NCBI GenBank assembly: GCA_963933175.1
Contig: CAWVTW010000002.1
Span: 1 to 51,601 of the forward strand
Origin: an uncultured bacterium
Lineage (GTDB): Bacteria > Fidelibacterota > Marinisomatia > Marinisomatales > UBA1611
DNA: 51,601 nucleotides
Direction of reading: 5' to 3'
Position 1 is the first letter of the stretch. Every line of letters begins with the position of its first letter. Made by a program: the position numbers and the translations under genes. Positions 38,275-47,533 of this stretch are shown piece by piece. The notes beneath the pieces were generated by a model. That model made no database searches. It saw only the letters and a program-made list of their open reading frames with translations, and was not told where the DNA came from.

Positions 38275-39689
38275 TATTTCCCTGCTCGTTTTGCTTTGAC
38301 AATTGCGGATTTAATCTTTCCTCGTAAAGGTCTGTTATCAAGAGCATTAATCTCATCCATGTCGCCTTCCAGCCCTTTGGCAATCAAGCGCTCAATTAAT
38401 TGGTCTTCTGTCTCACCGGCATCCGTGTTTCCATTAGATGTTTCAGGGATTTGCGGCATGGGTGGACGTTCAAAAGTCCCCCGTTTAATTTTAACAATCA
38501 TGGCTTTTGCTTTTCCGCGAGTTACTTTATCCGAGTGTGCGTTCACCGTATCCATATCGCCATCTAATCCTTTATTCACCAATAAAGCCACTAGTTCTTT
38601 CGATGATAATGCATCTATTCCACCTCCTGTAGCGCTTGTCACTGCACCAGAAGGCTTGTCTGGTTTTGGTGGTGTAATACCGTTTCGTTTGGCTTTAGCA
38701 ATGCCTGCTTTGGCCATGCCACGGATGGGTTTTTCAGGGATGGCATTCACAAAATCCATATTGTTTTCCATGCCCATATTAATTGCGTAGTCGATATAAT
38801 CTTGTCGCGATGCAAAACCGCCAAATTGGTTTGCACTATCAGCACCGGCACCCGTTTGCTCGTCTTTTTTGGTGAAATCTACTTTAGGTACAATTATATC
38901 TAATTTTTGCAGGATTCGTGATTTGGCTGGCCAGTTGAATTGTGTTAAAAATGAGAAAAGGCCTTTGGACGTCCGCCTGCATGTTACCCAAACACCCAAC
39001 TCTGTTTCTTCAATGGTAAATTGGACATATTCACTAACAAGCGGGGATGTCCTAAAAGTGAAACCAAATTCTTTTTCTTTTTCAACAGTAATGATTCGGC
39101 ATTTAAAATATGGAGCGATGGTTCGAGGTCGAATCTTAAAGAATGATCCTGGTTCAAGATTAAGATGGGTGAAAGAATATTTATGGACATAGCGATCAAT
39201 ATCAAGAACAGGAAGTGCTCGCTGAATTCCGTAGAACCACACATTATACATATTCAAAGATGTGATCATTTGCCACATGATGTCTTTGGTGGTGGAAAAA
39301 TGGTGTTTGACAATACTTTCGCCTGTAAATGGGTCCCAGGCAGTCCAATTTTCGCCAACACCATTTTGGGGAACAGGTGGAGCCTGAAGTTTTGCTTCGG
39401 GTTGTTCAATACCTTCAAACTCAAGATCTTTCGATGAGTAATGCTTGATATTTCCATCTGAAAATTCTATTTCATACTTTGTGGGGTAGAAATAGATCTT
39501 CTTCAGAATACCGGCTTCACCGCTATTGCGAACTGTACAGGCTGTACCCAGATCGATCCTATTTAGAATCATTAATAAAAGTCTTTGGTTATCGTTTTGG
39601 TATAAACTGTTAAAATATTGTTCTAAATCCAGTCTGAAACTTAATATTATGTTTGTCCATTTGAAGTGGAAAAGTTTTATTAGATCCAC
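38274..39689 (-). CDS. Hypothetical cytoplasmic protein: N-terminal domain, possible SRPBCC/START-like middle domain, three C-terminal Lys/Arg-rich 44-aa repeats
   Basis: Long ORF with no signal peptide. Repeats are seen directly. The fold assignment of the middle domain is a guess from sequence pattern. The start may be an internal Met, for example at 39572. Confidence 0.7.
   Translation of the reverse strand: MDLIKLFHFKWTNIILSFRLDLEQYFNSLYQNDNQRLLLMILNRIDLGTACTVRNSGEAGILKKIYFYPTKYEIEFSDGNIKHYSSKDLEFEGIEQPEAKLQAPPVPQNGVGENWTAWDPFTGESIVKHHFSTTKDIMWQMITSLNMYNVWFYGIQRALPVLDIDRYVHKYSFTHLNLEPGSFFKIRPRTIAPYFKCRIITVEKEKEFGFTFRTSPLVSEYVQFTIEETELGVWVTCRRTSKGLFSFLTQFNWPAKSRILQKLDIIVPKVDFTKKDEQTGAGADSANQFGGFASRQDYIDYAINMGMENNMDFVNAIPEKPIRGMAKAGIAKAKRNGITPPKPDKPSGAVTSATGGGIDALSSKELVALLVNKGLDGDMDTVNAHSDKVTRGKAKAMIVKIKRGTFERPPMPQIPETSNGNTDAGETEDQLIERLIAKGLEGDMDEINALDNRPLRGKIKSAIVKAKRAGK
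38277..38810 (-). repeat. Three in-frame about 44-aa coding repeats (38679-38810, 38475-38606, 38277-38411)
   Basis: Consensus xxxELIxxLIxKGLEGDMDxINAxxxKPxRGKAKAxIVKAKRxG, separated by Pro/Gly/Ser-rich linkers of 21-24 aa. Confidence 0.85.
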
Positions 39690-39719
39690 TAAAAATGTCT
39701 CTAATTTTGCAGGCTGTTT

Positions 39720-40655
39720 ATGAATACATTTCGATATTTTTCATATTTATCAACAGGGTTAACTTATCTTTTAATTTTTGTAGGTGGGCTGGTCCGTGTT
39801 GCTGGTGCTGGTATGGGATGTCCCGATTGGCCCAAATGTTTCGATCGTTGGATTCCTCCAACCAGTTTGGAACAACTTCCGGATCATATTGATCCTGCCA
39901 AATTCAATATCGTTTTGGCATGGATAGAATACAGTAACCGTTTGTTTGGTGCATTGGTTGGATTGGTTATTACGATCACTACATTTTTGGCTTTCAAATA
40001 TTATAAACATGTGGATCGGATCAAATGGTCGGTTTTAGCCGCATTTTTTCTCACATTGGTGGAAGGTTGGCTCGGTTCTGTTTTAGTAGATACTGTATTA
40101 AATCCGATCACGATTACACTACATTTATTTCTGGCATTGGTAATTGTAATGCTCTTATTATATGCAGCACAAGAAGCCTATTATATAGAAAATCCTGATT
40201 CGGAGAAGATGAGCCGCTATCCTTCTAACCTGAAATGGATGTTTGTACTCCTGGCGGGTATTTTGCTCCTGGAGGTGGTTTTGGGAACCGAAATTCGTGG
40301 TGGTTTGGAAATGATCCACAAAGATAATCCCATGGTAGAAAGCCAATTTTTACTTAATATGTTAGGCCCTTTTAAATACATTCATACCATCCTTGGATTT
40401 ATCATTACCGGATTTTCCGGAATGCTTTGGTATAGATTGGTGAATAATTCTATAAATCCTTCAAAGATCATGACACAAATTTCAACTGCTATTTTAGGAT
40501 TGGTTTTAACACAAATTATTATGGGAGAATTGTTAGTCTTCCTAGATGTTATTCCGTTAATCCAACTTTTCCACATGTGGGTTGCTTCCTGGATACTGGG
40601 GCTGGTCATGATCCAATACACAGCCTGGAATCAATCTCAATTGGCTCATGAATAA
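39720..40655 (+). CDS. ctaA: Haem A synthase (COX15/CtaA family)
   Basis: N-terminal GAGMGCPDWPKC motif and about 8 TM with conserved His residues. Confidence 0.9.
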   Translation: MNTFRYFSYLSTGLTYLLIFVGGLVRVAGAGMGCPDWPKCFDRWIPPTSLEQLPDHIDPAKFNIVLAWIEYSNRLFGALVGLVITITTFLAFKYYKHVDRIKWSVLAAFFLTLVEGWLGSVLVDTVLNPITITLHLFLALVIVMLLLYAAQEAYYIENPDSEKMSRYPSNLKWMFVLLAGILLLEVVLGTEIRGGLEMIHKDNPMVESQFLLNMLGPFKYIHTILGFIITGFSGMLWYRLVNNSINPSKIMTQISTAILGLVLTQIIMGELLVFLDVIPLIQLFHMWVASWILGLVMIQYTAWNQSQLAHE

Positions 40656-41235
40656 AAATATTTTCCTAATAATAATTTGTATCATACTTTTAGGTTCAGG
40701 TGCATCATGGGTAATCCAAAAAGCGAATTCATCATATGAATTAACTGTCATTAAAAAAGTACCGGCTTTTTCATTTATTACACAGGATGGTTTATTATTC
40801 ACCGAAAAAAGTTTCCATAAAAAAGCCACGGTATTAGATTTTATATTTACAAGTTGTGCCGGGCCATGTCCAATAATGACCAATAACATGACGCATCTTT
40901 ATGAAGATTATGAGAAGGTACCAGAAGTTCAGTTTGTTTCTGTAACTGTTGATCCAAAAATTGATAATGCGACTACTTTAAAAGAATATGCAAAGGCAAA
41001 TAGTGTGAAAGATGATCGCTGGCAATTCTTAACATCTGATATTGAATCCATTAAGGATTTGAAGAAAAATGGATTTATGTTGTATGCCGATGAATTACCA
41101 CGTGGGCACGCTATTAAATTTGTATTGATAGATCAGGATGGACAAATTCGAAAATATTATGATGGGACAGATAAAGCCAGTATGGCCGTTCTTCGGAAAG
41201 ACCTAAATATAATTGTAAAAGAAATTCAATCTTAA
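40648..41235 (+). CDS. SCO1/SenC copper chaperone
   Basis: FTSCAGPCP (CxxxCP) and a downstream His in PRGHAIKFVLID. N-terminal anchor. Confidence 0.88.
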   Translation: MNKNIFLIIICIILLGSGASWVIQKANSSYELTVIKKVPAFSFITQDGLLFTEKSFHKKATVLDFIFTSCAGPCPIMTNNMTHLYEDYEKVPEVQFVSVTVDPKIDNATTLKEYAKANSVKDDRWQFLTSDIESIKDLKKNGFMLYADELPRGHAIKFVLIDQDGQIRKYYDGTDKASMAVLRKDLNIIVKEIQS

Positions 41236-42117
41236 ATGAAAAGAGTTCCACCAAAAGCCAATTCATTGCCTGCAGCTTATTTTGAGCTAACCAAACCCAA
41301 TATCACTTTTTTGATCCTGATTTCAACAGCAATGGGATATTATCTTGGTGTTGATGGAATAGATGATTGGTTCAAATTGTTTATAACATTGATTGGTTCC
41401 GGGTTGGTCTCTTCCGGTGCAAGTGCATTGAATCATTATGCTGAACGGGAATTGGACCAACGAATGAACAGGACAAAATCCCGTCCTATTCCAACTGGAA
41501 TGATTTCACCTAACCATGCTATGTATTTTGGAATAACGATCACCCTTTTAGGTGTGGGAATACTTTTTTTCTTGGTTAATGAATTAACAGCGTTTCTTGC
41601 GATCTCAACTGCGTTACTTTATTTATTCGTTTATACACCATTGAAAAAAATAACTTGGCTCAATACATCCATTGGAGCGATTCCCGGTTCCCTTCCAACA
41701 TTGGGAGGCTGGGTAGCAGCCACCGGAACTTTGGATCCGGAAGCGTGGATTCTGTTTGCCATTTTGTTTTTCTGGCAGCATCCCCATTTTTATGCCATCG
41801 CTTTCATGTGCAAAGAAGATTATGAAAGAGCGAACCTGAAAATGTTACCTGTCCTTGAAACGGATGGAAAGCGAACTAATCGTCAAATCATTTGGCATTC
41901 ACTTTTATTGATCCCTGTATCATTAGTGCCATCCTACATTGGCTTATTGGGGATGACCTATTTTTGGGGTGCACTCATATTAGGCATTGGGTACTTTGTA
42001 TCCGGATTCCCGTTAGTAAAAAATTATTCTTTGCAGAATGCAAAGCTGCTTTTGAAATCTTCAGTGATTTATTTGCCAGCCCTTTTCATAATCATTATTT
42101 TAGATAAATTAACTTAA
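41236..42117 (+). CDS. ctaB: Protohaem IX farnesyltransferase (haem O synthase)
   Basis: UbiA-family motif NHYAERELDQRMNRTKSRPIPTG. Polytopic. Confidence 0.95.
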   Translation: MKRVPPKANSLPAAYFELTKPNITFLILISTAMGYYLGVDGIDDWFKLFITLIGSGLVSSGASALNHYAERELDQRMNRTKSRPIPTGMISPNHAMYFGITITLLGVGILFFLVNELTAFLAISTALLYLFVYTPLKKITWLNTSIGAIPGSLPTLGGWVAATGTLDPEAWILFAILFFWQHPHFYAIAFMCKEDYERANLKMLPVLETDGKRTNRQIIWHSLLLIPVSLVPSYIGLLGMTYFWGALILGIGYFVSGFPLVKNYSLQNAKLLLKSSVIYLPALFIIIILDKLT

Positions 42118-42118
42118 T

Positions 42119-42634
42119 ATGCTAAGTAATTCATTCTGGACAAAGATTATCTACATTCTATCTGTGGTAATTAGTTTAACAGTGGCTTTTTTGATTTTAG
42201 GGCCAAGGCCGGAAGGAATTGAAGGGGCGCTTGATGTATCAATATTGCCGCTGGTGAATGCCCTGCTTAATGGAACTACTACAATTTTGTTGATTTTAGG
42301 ATTCATCCTGATAAAGCAAAAAAAGAGAGAAAAACATAAGAGTGTGATGCTCTCGGCTTTCGGAATGTCATGCCTTTTTTTAGTGACTTATGTGATTTAT
42401 CACTGGTTTAAAAGCGGTCCGAAACTGTATGTGGGTGATTTTACAACCATTTATTATTTTATCTTAATAACTCATATTGTATTGGCTATTATCATTATAC
42501 CTCTTGCATTATTTACGTTATATAGGGGATGGACTAGCCAGTTGAAGCAACATAGGAAAATCGCAAGGATCACATTGCCAATTTGGCTTTATGTATCGAT
42601 AACGGGCGTCATTATTTATTTAATGCTCTATTAA
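42119..42634 (+). CDS. DUF420-type membrane protein (CtaM-like oxidase biogenesis factor)
   Basis: 171 aa, 4-5 TM. Canonical position after ctaB. The family call rests on context plus general resemblance. Confidence 0.75.
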   Translation: MLSNSFWTKIIYILSVVISLTVAFLILGPRPEGIEGALDVSILPLVNALLNGTTTILLILGFILIKQKKREKHKSVMLSAFGMSCLFLVTYVIYHWFKSGPKLYVGDFTTIYYFILITHIVLAIIIIPLALFTLYRGWTSQLKQHRKIARITLPIWLYVSITGVIIYLMLY

Positions 42635-42701
42635 TTGTATTTCAAGTTTAATAGCTATTGAATATATGCGGGTTGAAAAGACTTGGGGCTTTCCGGGAGT
42701 C

Positions 42702-45700
42702 TTATTTCAGTCTTTTTACTAATCCGCCATATTGTTTATTAATCTCAAACCCCTGACGGAAGAAAAATTTCTCTACATAGAATCCAACCGTAATTATGTC
42801 AACACCTCGGTGCTTCATTCGTTTGTAAAAATCGTCCATCAATCGATTACTTAAAGAAATATTTCGGTAATTTTCCCGAACAGCAACCCATTCTAAGTGA
42901 ATTCGATTATTCTCCATATTTTTCCAATACAACCCACCGACCATTCGATTACGGGAATTAAATAAAAGGAGGAAATCGTGTTGCGCCGTAAAGGTCCCTG
43001 ATAAGGATGATTCTGATAATAAAGAATGGAATTGACCAATTTCTTTTGGCAAAAAAGGTGGGCGAATTTGATAGATCTGACCATCCATGCCCTCGGTTTG
43101 AATAACCAAATTTAATCGATTATCCTCACCATGGGTTGTTGTCACCAACTCAACATAATCCGCAGCATCAACATGGGGAAATAGCATTCGAGCGAGGTAA
43201 AATTTTTCTTCTTCGCTTAATATTATATTGGTTTGAATTTGAGTAATCCGTTCATGCAGATTCCAAGGACTTAATAAACCATCTCTCATGCTCAGGATTA
43301 TGGATTGAAATTCACTTAGCAGATTCGGGTTGTCTTGCTTAAAACAGGTCATCATAAAAAATCGCACACGAGTCTCCGGGTATTCTTCCATGAGGGAGTC
43401 CAAATCATAATCTTGATATAATTCCTGTAGAATGGATGCCCGGGCTGTCAAGGTTGCTTGAGGGTTCAGGTCCAACCAACGTTCAAAGCGTAGGGATGCA
43501 AAAACCACCGGTTTTGTCAAAACGCCAAATTTTTCTATATCATCTAAAAACCGGTCAATTCGAGCCACTGTGCATCCCATTGATTCGAATTTCATTCGTA
43601 GAGTTCGTTGGTTCAAATCCATTTTGAGTTGGTTTAATATTTTCTTACCGCGTTTCAGTTTAACTGCTTGCAGTGTTGCCGTGAAGATCACTTCCCAGTC
43701 AGACATATGCTTCAGACCTGGATATTTATTTTCCGTTCTAATGATATAATCCGTGTATAAAGACAAAAAATGTTCTGCTATAGACTCAGTTGGTTTGCGT
43801 CCAGAAATTGAGATCAGTCGCGTACCCGTAGAATAGTCATGTTGCGGAATAACAAGATTTGAAGGTGATGGCGGTTGGATTGATAATTTGAATTCGGTTC
43901 TATTCCAAAATTCTTGATAAGCCTGAACACCATTCCAGATAAAATGAAGCCACCGCATTTGCCATCGATCGACCTTAGATTCATCCAAAATATCATCCCG
44001 GTTCCGGTCAAGATAAGCTGTTAATGTTTCACCGTGAATATACTCCTCCGTATAAAGTTGATATTCCGGCCAATAACCTCCGAAATTTTCGACCAGAGGT
44101 TTGTCCTTAAATCCGGATCCCATGATAATAAGCCATTTGATCTCTTCTTCTAGAAAATTTTGATCCCAACCATCATTCAAATTCACCACGAGATTATGTG
44201 TTCCAAGAGAACGCGTCCGAACTAAAATTCTGAAAACACTTTTATTATTTCGTGAACCTAGATGAGAAACCCAAAGACTATTTTTAGCGATATCATTCAA
44301 CCCAACAATACAATTAGAAGATAAAAGAAAGATCGACTCTCTTATCATGGATGTTTCAGTAATAGCTTCCATTAATTTCTTTCGATGAATGGATTTTACA
44401 TTTTCATCAAAGGTGACTACATCTTGCCATGTGTATTCCTCACCTGTATCTCTATCAATGGTCAATTTAGATGATTTTCCGATCCAAGTTCGAAATCCTT
44501 TTGTTAAAGCATAATATGCTTTTTGGGCCGTTGAGAAAAGGGGTTTAGAAATATGGGAGATCTGCCACCAAATGAGTTCAGATCTGGCCCAAACAAACCG
44601 AGTAGGATGAATTGTACCAAAATCCGTCACCATGAGCAAAATAGTTTGGATGAATTCCTGATCAACGGATTTTGAATTCTTGAAATTTAAATGGGCTTCT
44701 TGTAAATAGCTGATAAAAGCACGATAATGTTCATCAGTAGTTCGATCGATATTGAAAGAAAACCCTTTGGATCTATCCTGTTTTTTCTGGTATTGATATG
44801 CATCACGCAGCATGGAAATGAGAAAATTCCCAGACAAAAGGGGTGTAAGTGTTTCAATCAGTTTTATGCGAAATGTTGGGTCTGAATGAGATTGATAATT
44901 CAAAAATGTATCAATTAAAACGCCGGACCAATTCCCAAGATCGCCATCAACTACTTCTCTCAAGTAATTAAATACACTTGGATCATCTGCCAAGTATTGT
45001 CGAACTGCCAAATGGAAATTATACAGTAAAATATCATTTTTATTGTCTGGAGTTACGGGAGAAAAAGATGCCCCGATCTTTGGTTCATGAATTTGAACTG
45101 TAATGTAAAGTTCAGGTTCTTTTAACCGGTAGATAATAGGGCCGGTAAATTCTGTTATTCCAAAATTGCCTAACCAGTGTGTGGGTGATTGGATCAGAGC
45201 ATCAAAATCCAATATATCTGAATCAATAGAATAGGTAAAATCACCTATTTGGATCTTGGTATCCACCCAGGAAACCAGAAGTGATTCGGTTTGACCTTTG
45301 ATAGAAACTTTTCGTCCATCCCATTTCACATTAGTTCGAACGGTTCCAATCTCTCGAAGCAACCAATTTGGAATTCGGATCTCTTTTGAGCCGGAATAAA
45401 GGGCTACATAATTTTTTTCATAAAGGGGTTCAATAATATGAAAAAAATTCTTTAAAACATTTTTTCGATTAAATGTTCCTTTGGCTGTCAATTCACCTTT
45501 TTCTGCAGAAAAATCCCTATTGATTATGACATAATTCACAATTCGTTCAAATGGAGACAGAAAGCTGTTCACTGACAAGATTATAGAACTGTATAAATCA
45601 CGGATGGCCTGTTTATCCGTAGTTTCAATGTTAATGAGGGAATTCGTGGTATCCGGGAATATTAAAATTGTATTGAATTCCCGGCCATCACCCACAAGAA

Positions 45701-47279
45701 AGACCGACTTGACTGAATCAAAATCCTGAAAAAGGTTCTCGATCTTTTGGGGCGCAATGGTTTGGCCTCGACTATTTTTATATATATCTTTTTTACGATC
45801 GACGATAAAATAATGCCCATCTTTTTCTTCAAAAATATCGCCCGTGTGGAACCAGCCATCCATAATTACATCCGAATCATCCTCCTTATAATAACCATCT
45901 GTAACGTAGGAACCTTTCAGACATAATTCTCCGTCATTAGCGATTTTCAGTGTTATTCCTGGGAGAGCTATTCCAACAGAATCGATGATATATTCAGTGG
46001 GTGGCGTCATAGTAATACCGCCAGTAGCTTCTGTCATACCATATCCGCTCAAAACATTCACACCATGGGATTGATAAAATTTGAAAATATCAGGATCTAA
46101 ATAACCTGCCGCTGACAATCCCCATTTCAATTTTCCACCTGTGATGGATTTTAATTTTGTCTCTATGGTTTCACTATCTTCAGAATCCATGTCTAATTGT
46201 TTTTCCAGCATTTCGTAGAGTTGAACCCACCGCTTTGGAATACTTATAAAAATGGTAGGGTTCACCATGGGAAAATCTTTTAACAATGAATTAAAAGCGG
46301 GTGATTCGGCGAAAGAATAGGTAGCTCCCCAAAAAATGCTCCCCATCAATTCGAAATATCGTCCAAATGTATGAAAGAGTGGCAAATAACAAAGAAATAT
46401 ATCATCTGAACCAAACTCAGGTAAAGCCAAGGCCCGGGCAAATCGTTTACTGATAATATTACTCTGATTAAATGTAATCCCTTTCGGGTTTGCGGTGGAG
46501 CCCGATGTATACATAATAGTCTGGGTGCGATCCATTGACACGTAGGACAAACGCTGATCTACATCAAAATTTTGTGAACGATCCCGATTTTCAAAAAATA
46601 TCTCCCAATCCATGACCTTTCCTTGGATTAAGTTTGAATCATTCAAGCCAATCACAAGAATGTCGTAGTTGTGATGCACTTCATTCCAAAGGCGAATAGC
46701 TGTTTTGCCACCAACAAAGAGGTGATTTATTTCTGATTGTTTTAAAATATACGAGAGATGCTCGGAGGTTGAATTCAGTGGAATGGGAATCACACGAATC
46801 CCAAATGATAAGCAGGCCAAGTCCACCAAAACACCATTTAGTTGATTGTAGGTGAGAAGACCTATAACAGGTGGCTTTTCCGGTCCACCTAAGACAGAAA
46901 GTGCTTTTCCGGTCATTTGGATTTTTGACCATAAATCTGAGTAGGATAGAGTGTGGAGATCATCACCGCGAATCATATTAAAAACAGTTTTATCGCCATA
47001 CCGTTTTGCCCGTTGCTGTATCATGGTTCCTGTATGGAATTGGGAAAGATCAATGAGTCGAACAACTTGCTCCAGCCATTCTTCGGTTACGTTGGCTTTA
47101 GAAATTATTTTTGCAACGGATTGAAAATGAGCCAGGTCAAGGAACTGATGAATAATTTCGCGATCCGGAGATTGATCCAAACAATCATTCACCAGGCGGA
47201 TCAATGCATCAGCGGTCAAATTTCCCTTATAAGCTTGGGAAATGGATTCGTTAATCCGGGTTTGGAGCCCTGTGTCCAT
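42702..47279 (-). CDS. 1525-aa fusion: acyl-AMP/CoA ligase (aa about 95-615), about 770-aa unknown region, C-terminal GNAT-like acyltransferase
   Basis: AMP-binding motifs MYTSGSTANPKGI, SGYGMTEA and TGDIFEEKDGHYFIVDRKKD. The C-terminal LEWVAVRENYRNISLSNRLMDDFYKRMKHRGVDIITV is GNAT-like. Confidence 0.85.
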   Translation of the reverse strand: MDTGLQTRINESISQAYKGNLTADALIRLVNDCLDQSPDREIIHQFLDLAHFQSVAKIISKANVTEEWLEQVVRLIDLSQFHTGTMIQQRAKRYGDKTVFNMIRGDDLHTLSYSDLWSKIQMTGKALSVLGGPEKPPVIGLLTYNQLNGVLVDLACLSFGIRVIPIPLNSTSEHLSYILKQSEINHLFVGGKTAIRLWNEVHHNYDILVIGLNDSNLIQGKVMDWEIFFENRDRSQNFDVDQRLSYVSMDRTQTIMYTSGSTANPKGITFNQSNIISKRFARALALPEFGSDDIFLCYLPLFHTFGRYFELMGSIFWGATYSFAESPAFNSLLKDFPMVNPTIFISIPKRWVQLYEMLEKQLDMDSEDSETIETKLKSITGGKLKWGLSAAGYLDPDIFKFYQSHGVNVLSGYGMTEATGGITMTPPTEYIIDSVGIALPGITLKIANDGELCLKGSYVTDGYYKEDDSDVIMDGWFHTGDIFEEKDGHYFIVDRKKDIYKNSRGQTIAPQKIENLFQDFDSVKSVFLVGDGREFNTILIFPDTTNSLINIETTDKQAIRDLYSSIILSVNSFLSPFERIVNYVIINRDFSAEKGELTAKGTFNRKNVLKNFFHIIEPLYEKNYVALYSGSKEIRIPNWLLREIGTVRTNVKWDGRKVSIKGQTESLLVSWVDTKIQIGDFTYSIDSDILDFDALIQSPTHWLGNFGITEFTGPIIYRLKEPELYITVQIHEPKIGASFSPVTPDNKNDILLYNFHLAVRQYLADDPSVFNYLREVVDGDLGNWSGVLIDTFLNYQSHSDPTFRIKLIETLTPLLSGNFLISMLRDAYQYQKKQDRSKGFSFNIDRTTDEHYRAFISYLQEAHLNFKNSKSVDQEFIQTILLMVTDFGTIHPTRFVWARSELIWWQISHISKPLFSTAQKAYYALTKGFRTWIGKSSKLTIDRDTGEEYTWQDVVTFDENVKSIHRKKLMEAITETSMIRESIFLLSSNCIVGLNDIAKNSLWVSHLGSRNNKSVFRILVRTRSLGTHNLVVNLNDGWDQNFLEEEIKWLIIMGSGFKDKPLVENFGGYWPEYQLYTEEYIHGETLTAYLDRNRDDILDESKVDRWQMRWLHFIWNGVQAYQEFWNRTEFKLSIQPPSPSNLVIPQHDYSTGTRLISISGRKPTESIAEHFLSLYTDYIIRTENKYPGLKHMSDWEVIFTATLQAVKLKRGKKILNQLKMDLNQRTLRMKFESMGCTVARIDRFLDDIEKFGVLTKPVVFASLRFERWLDLNPQATLTARASILQELYQDYDLDSLMEEYPETRVRFFMMTCFKQDNPNLLSEFQSIILSMRDGLLSPWNLHERITQIQTNIILSEEEKFYLARMLFPHVDAADYVELVTTTHGEDNRLNLVIQTEGMDGQIYQIRPPFLPKEIGQFHSLLSESSLSGTFTAQHDFLLLFNSRNRMVGGLYWKNMENNRIHLEWVAVRENYRNISLSNRLMDDFYKRMKHRGVDIITVGFYVEKFFFRQGFEINKQYGGLVKRLK

Positions 47280-47533
47280 AAGAGAAATTAATGGAGAGTC
47301 TTTATGAAAATTGAAGACAAATTGATTATTAAAAAAATATTTAATCTTGAATCTATCGCATTTTTTCCTTAATAAAGATTGAACGTTTTAAACTGTGATT
47401 AAATTTTTATATTAATTCAGGGAAAGTTTTCAAAAAATAATAAAGTTCATTAGCCTAAAATAAATACTCTCTTTTTACCATCTATTTATGATATAATTTT
47501 ATGTGCCTCAAATGGAGGACACTGAAGATATTT

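Noticed and set aside
38260-38790. 176-aa plus-strand ORF.
   Set aside because: It is antisense to the repeat region of the 471-aa gene. Its Ala/Pro/Ser-rich translation is the complement of the Lys/Gly/Asp-rich repeats, and the minus frame is much longer and structured.
42635-42701. Looked for a convergent terminator between the DUF420 gene and the giant ligase gene (aagact...agtctt).
   Set aside because: It has only a 6-bp stem with a 14-nt loop and poor T-runs, which is too weak to call.
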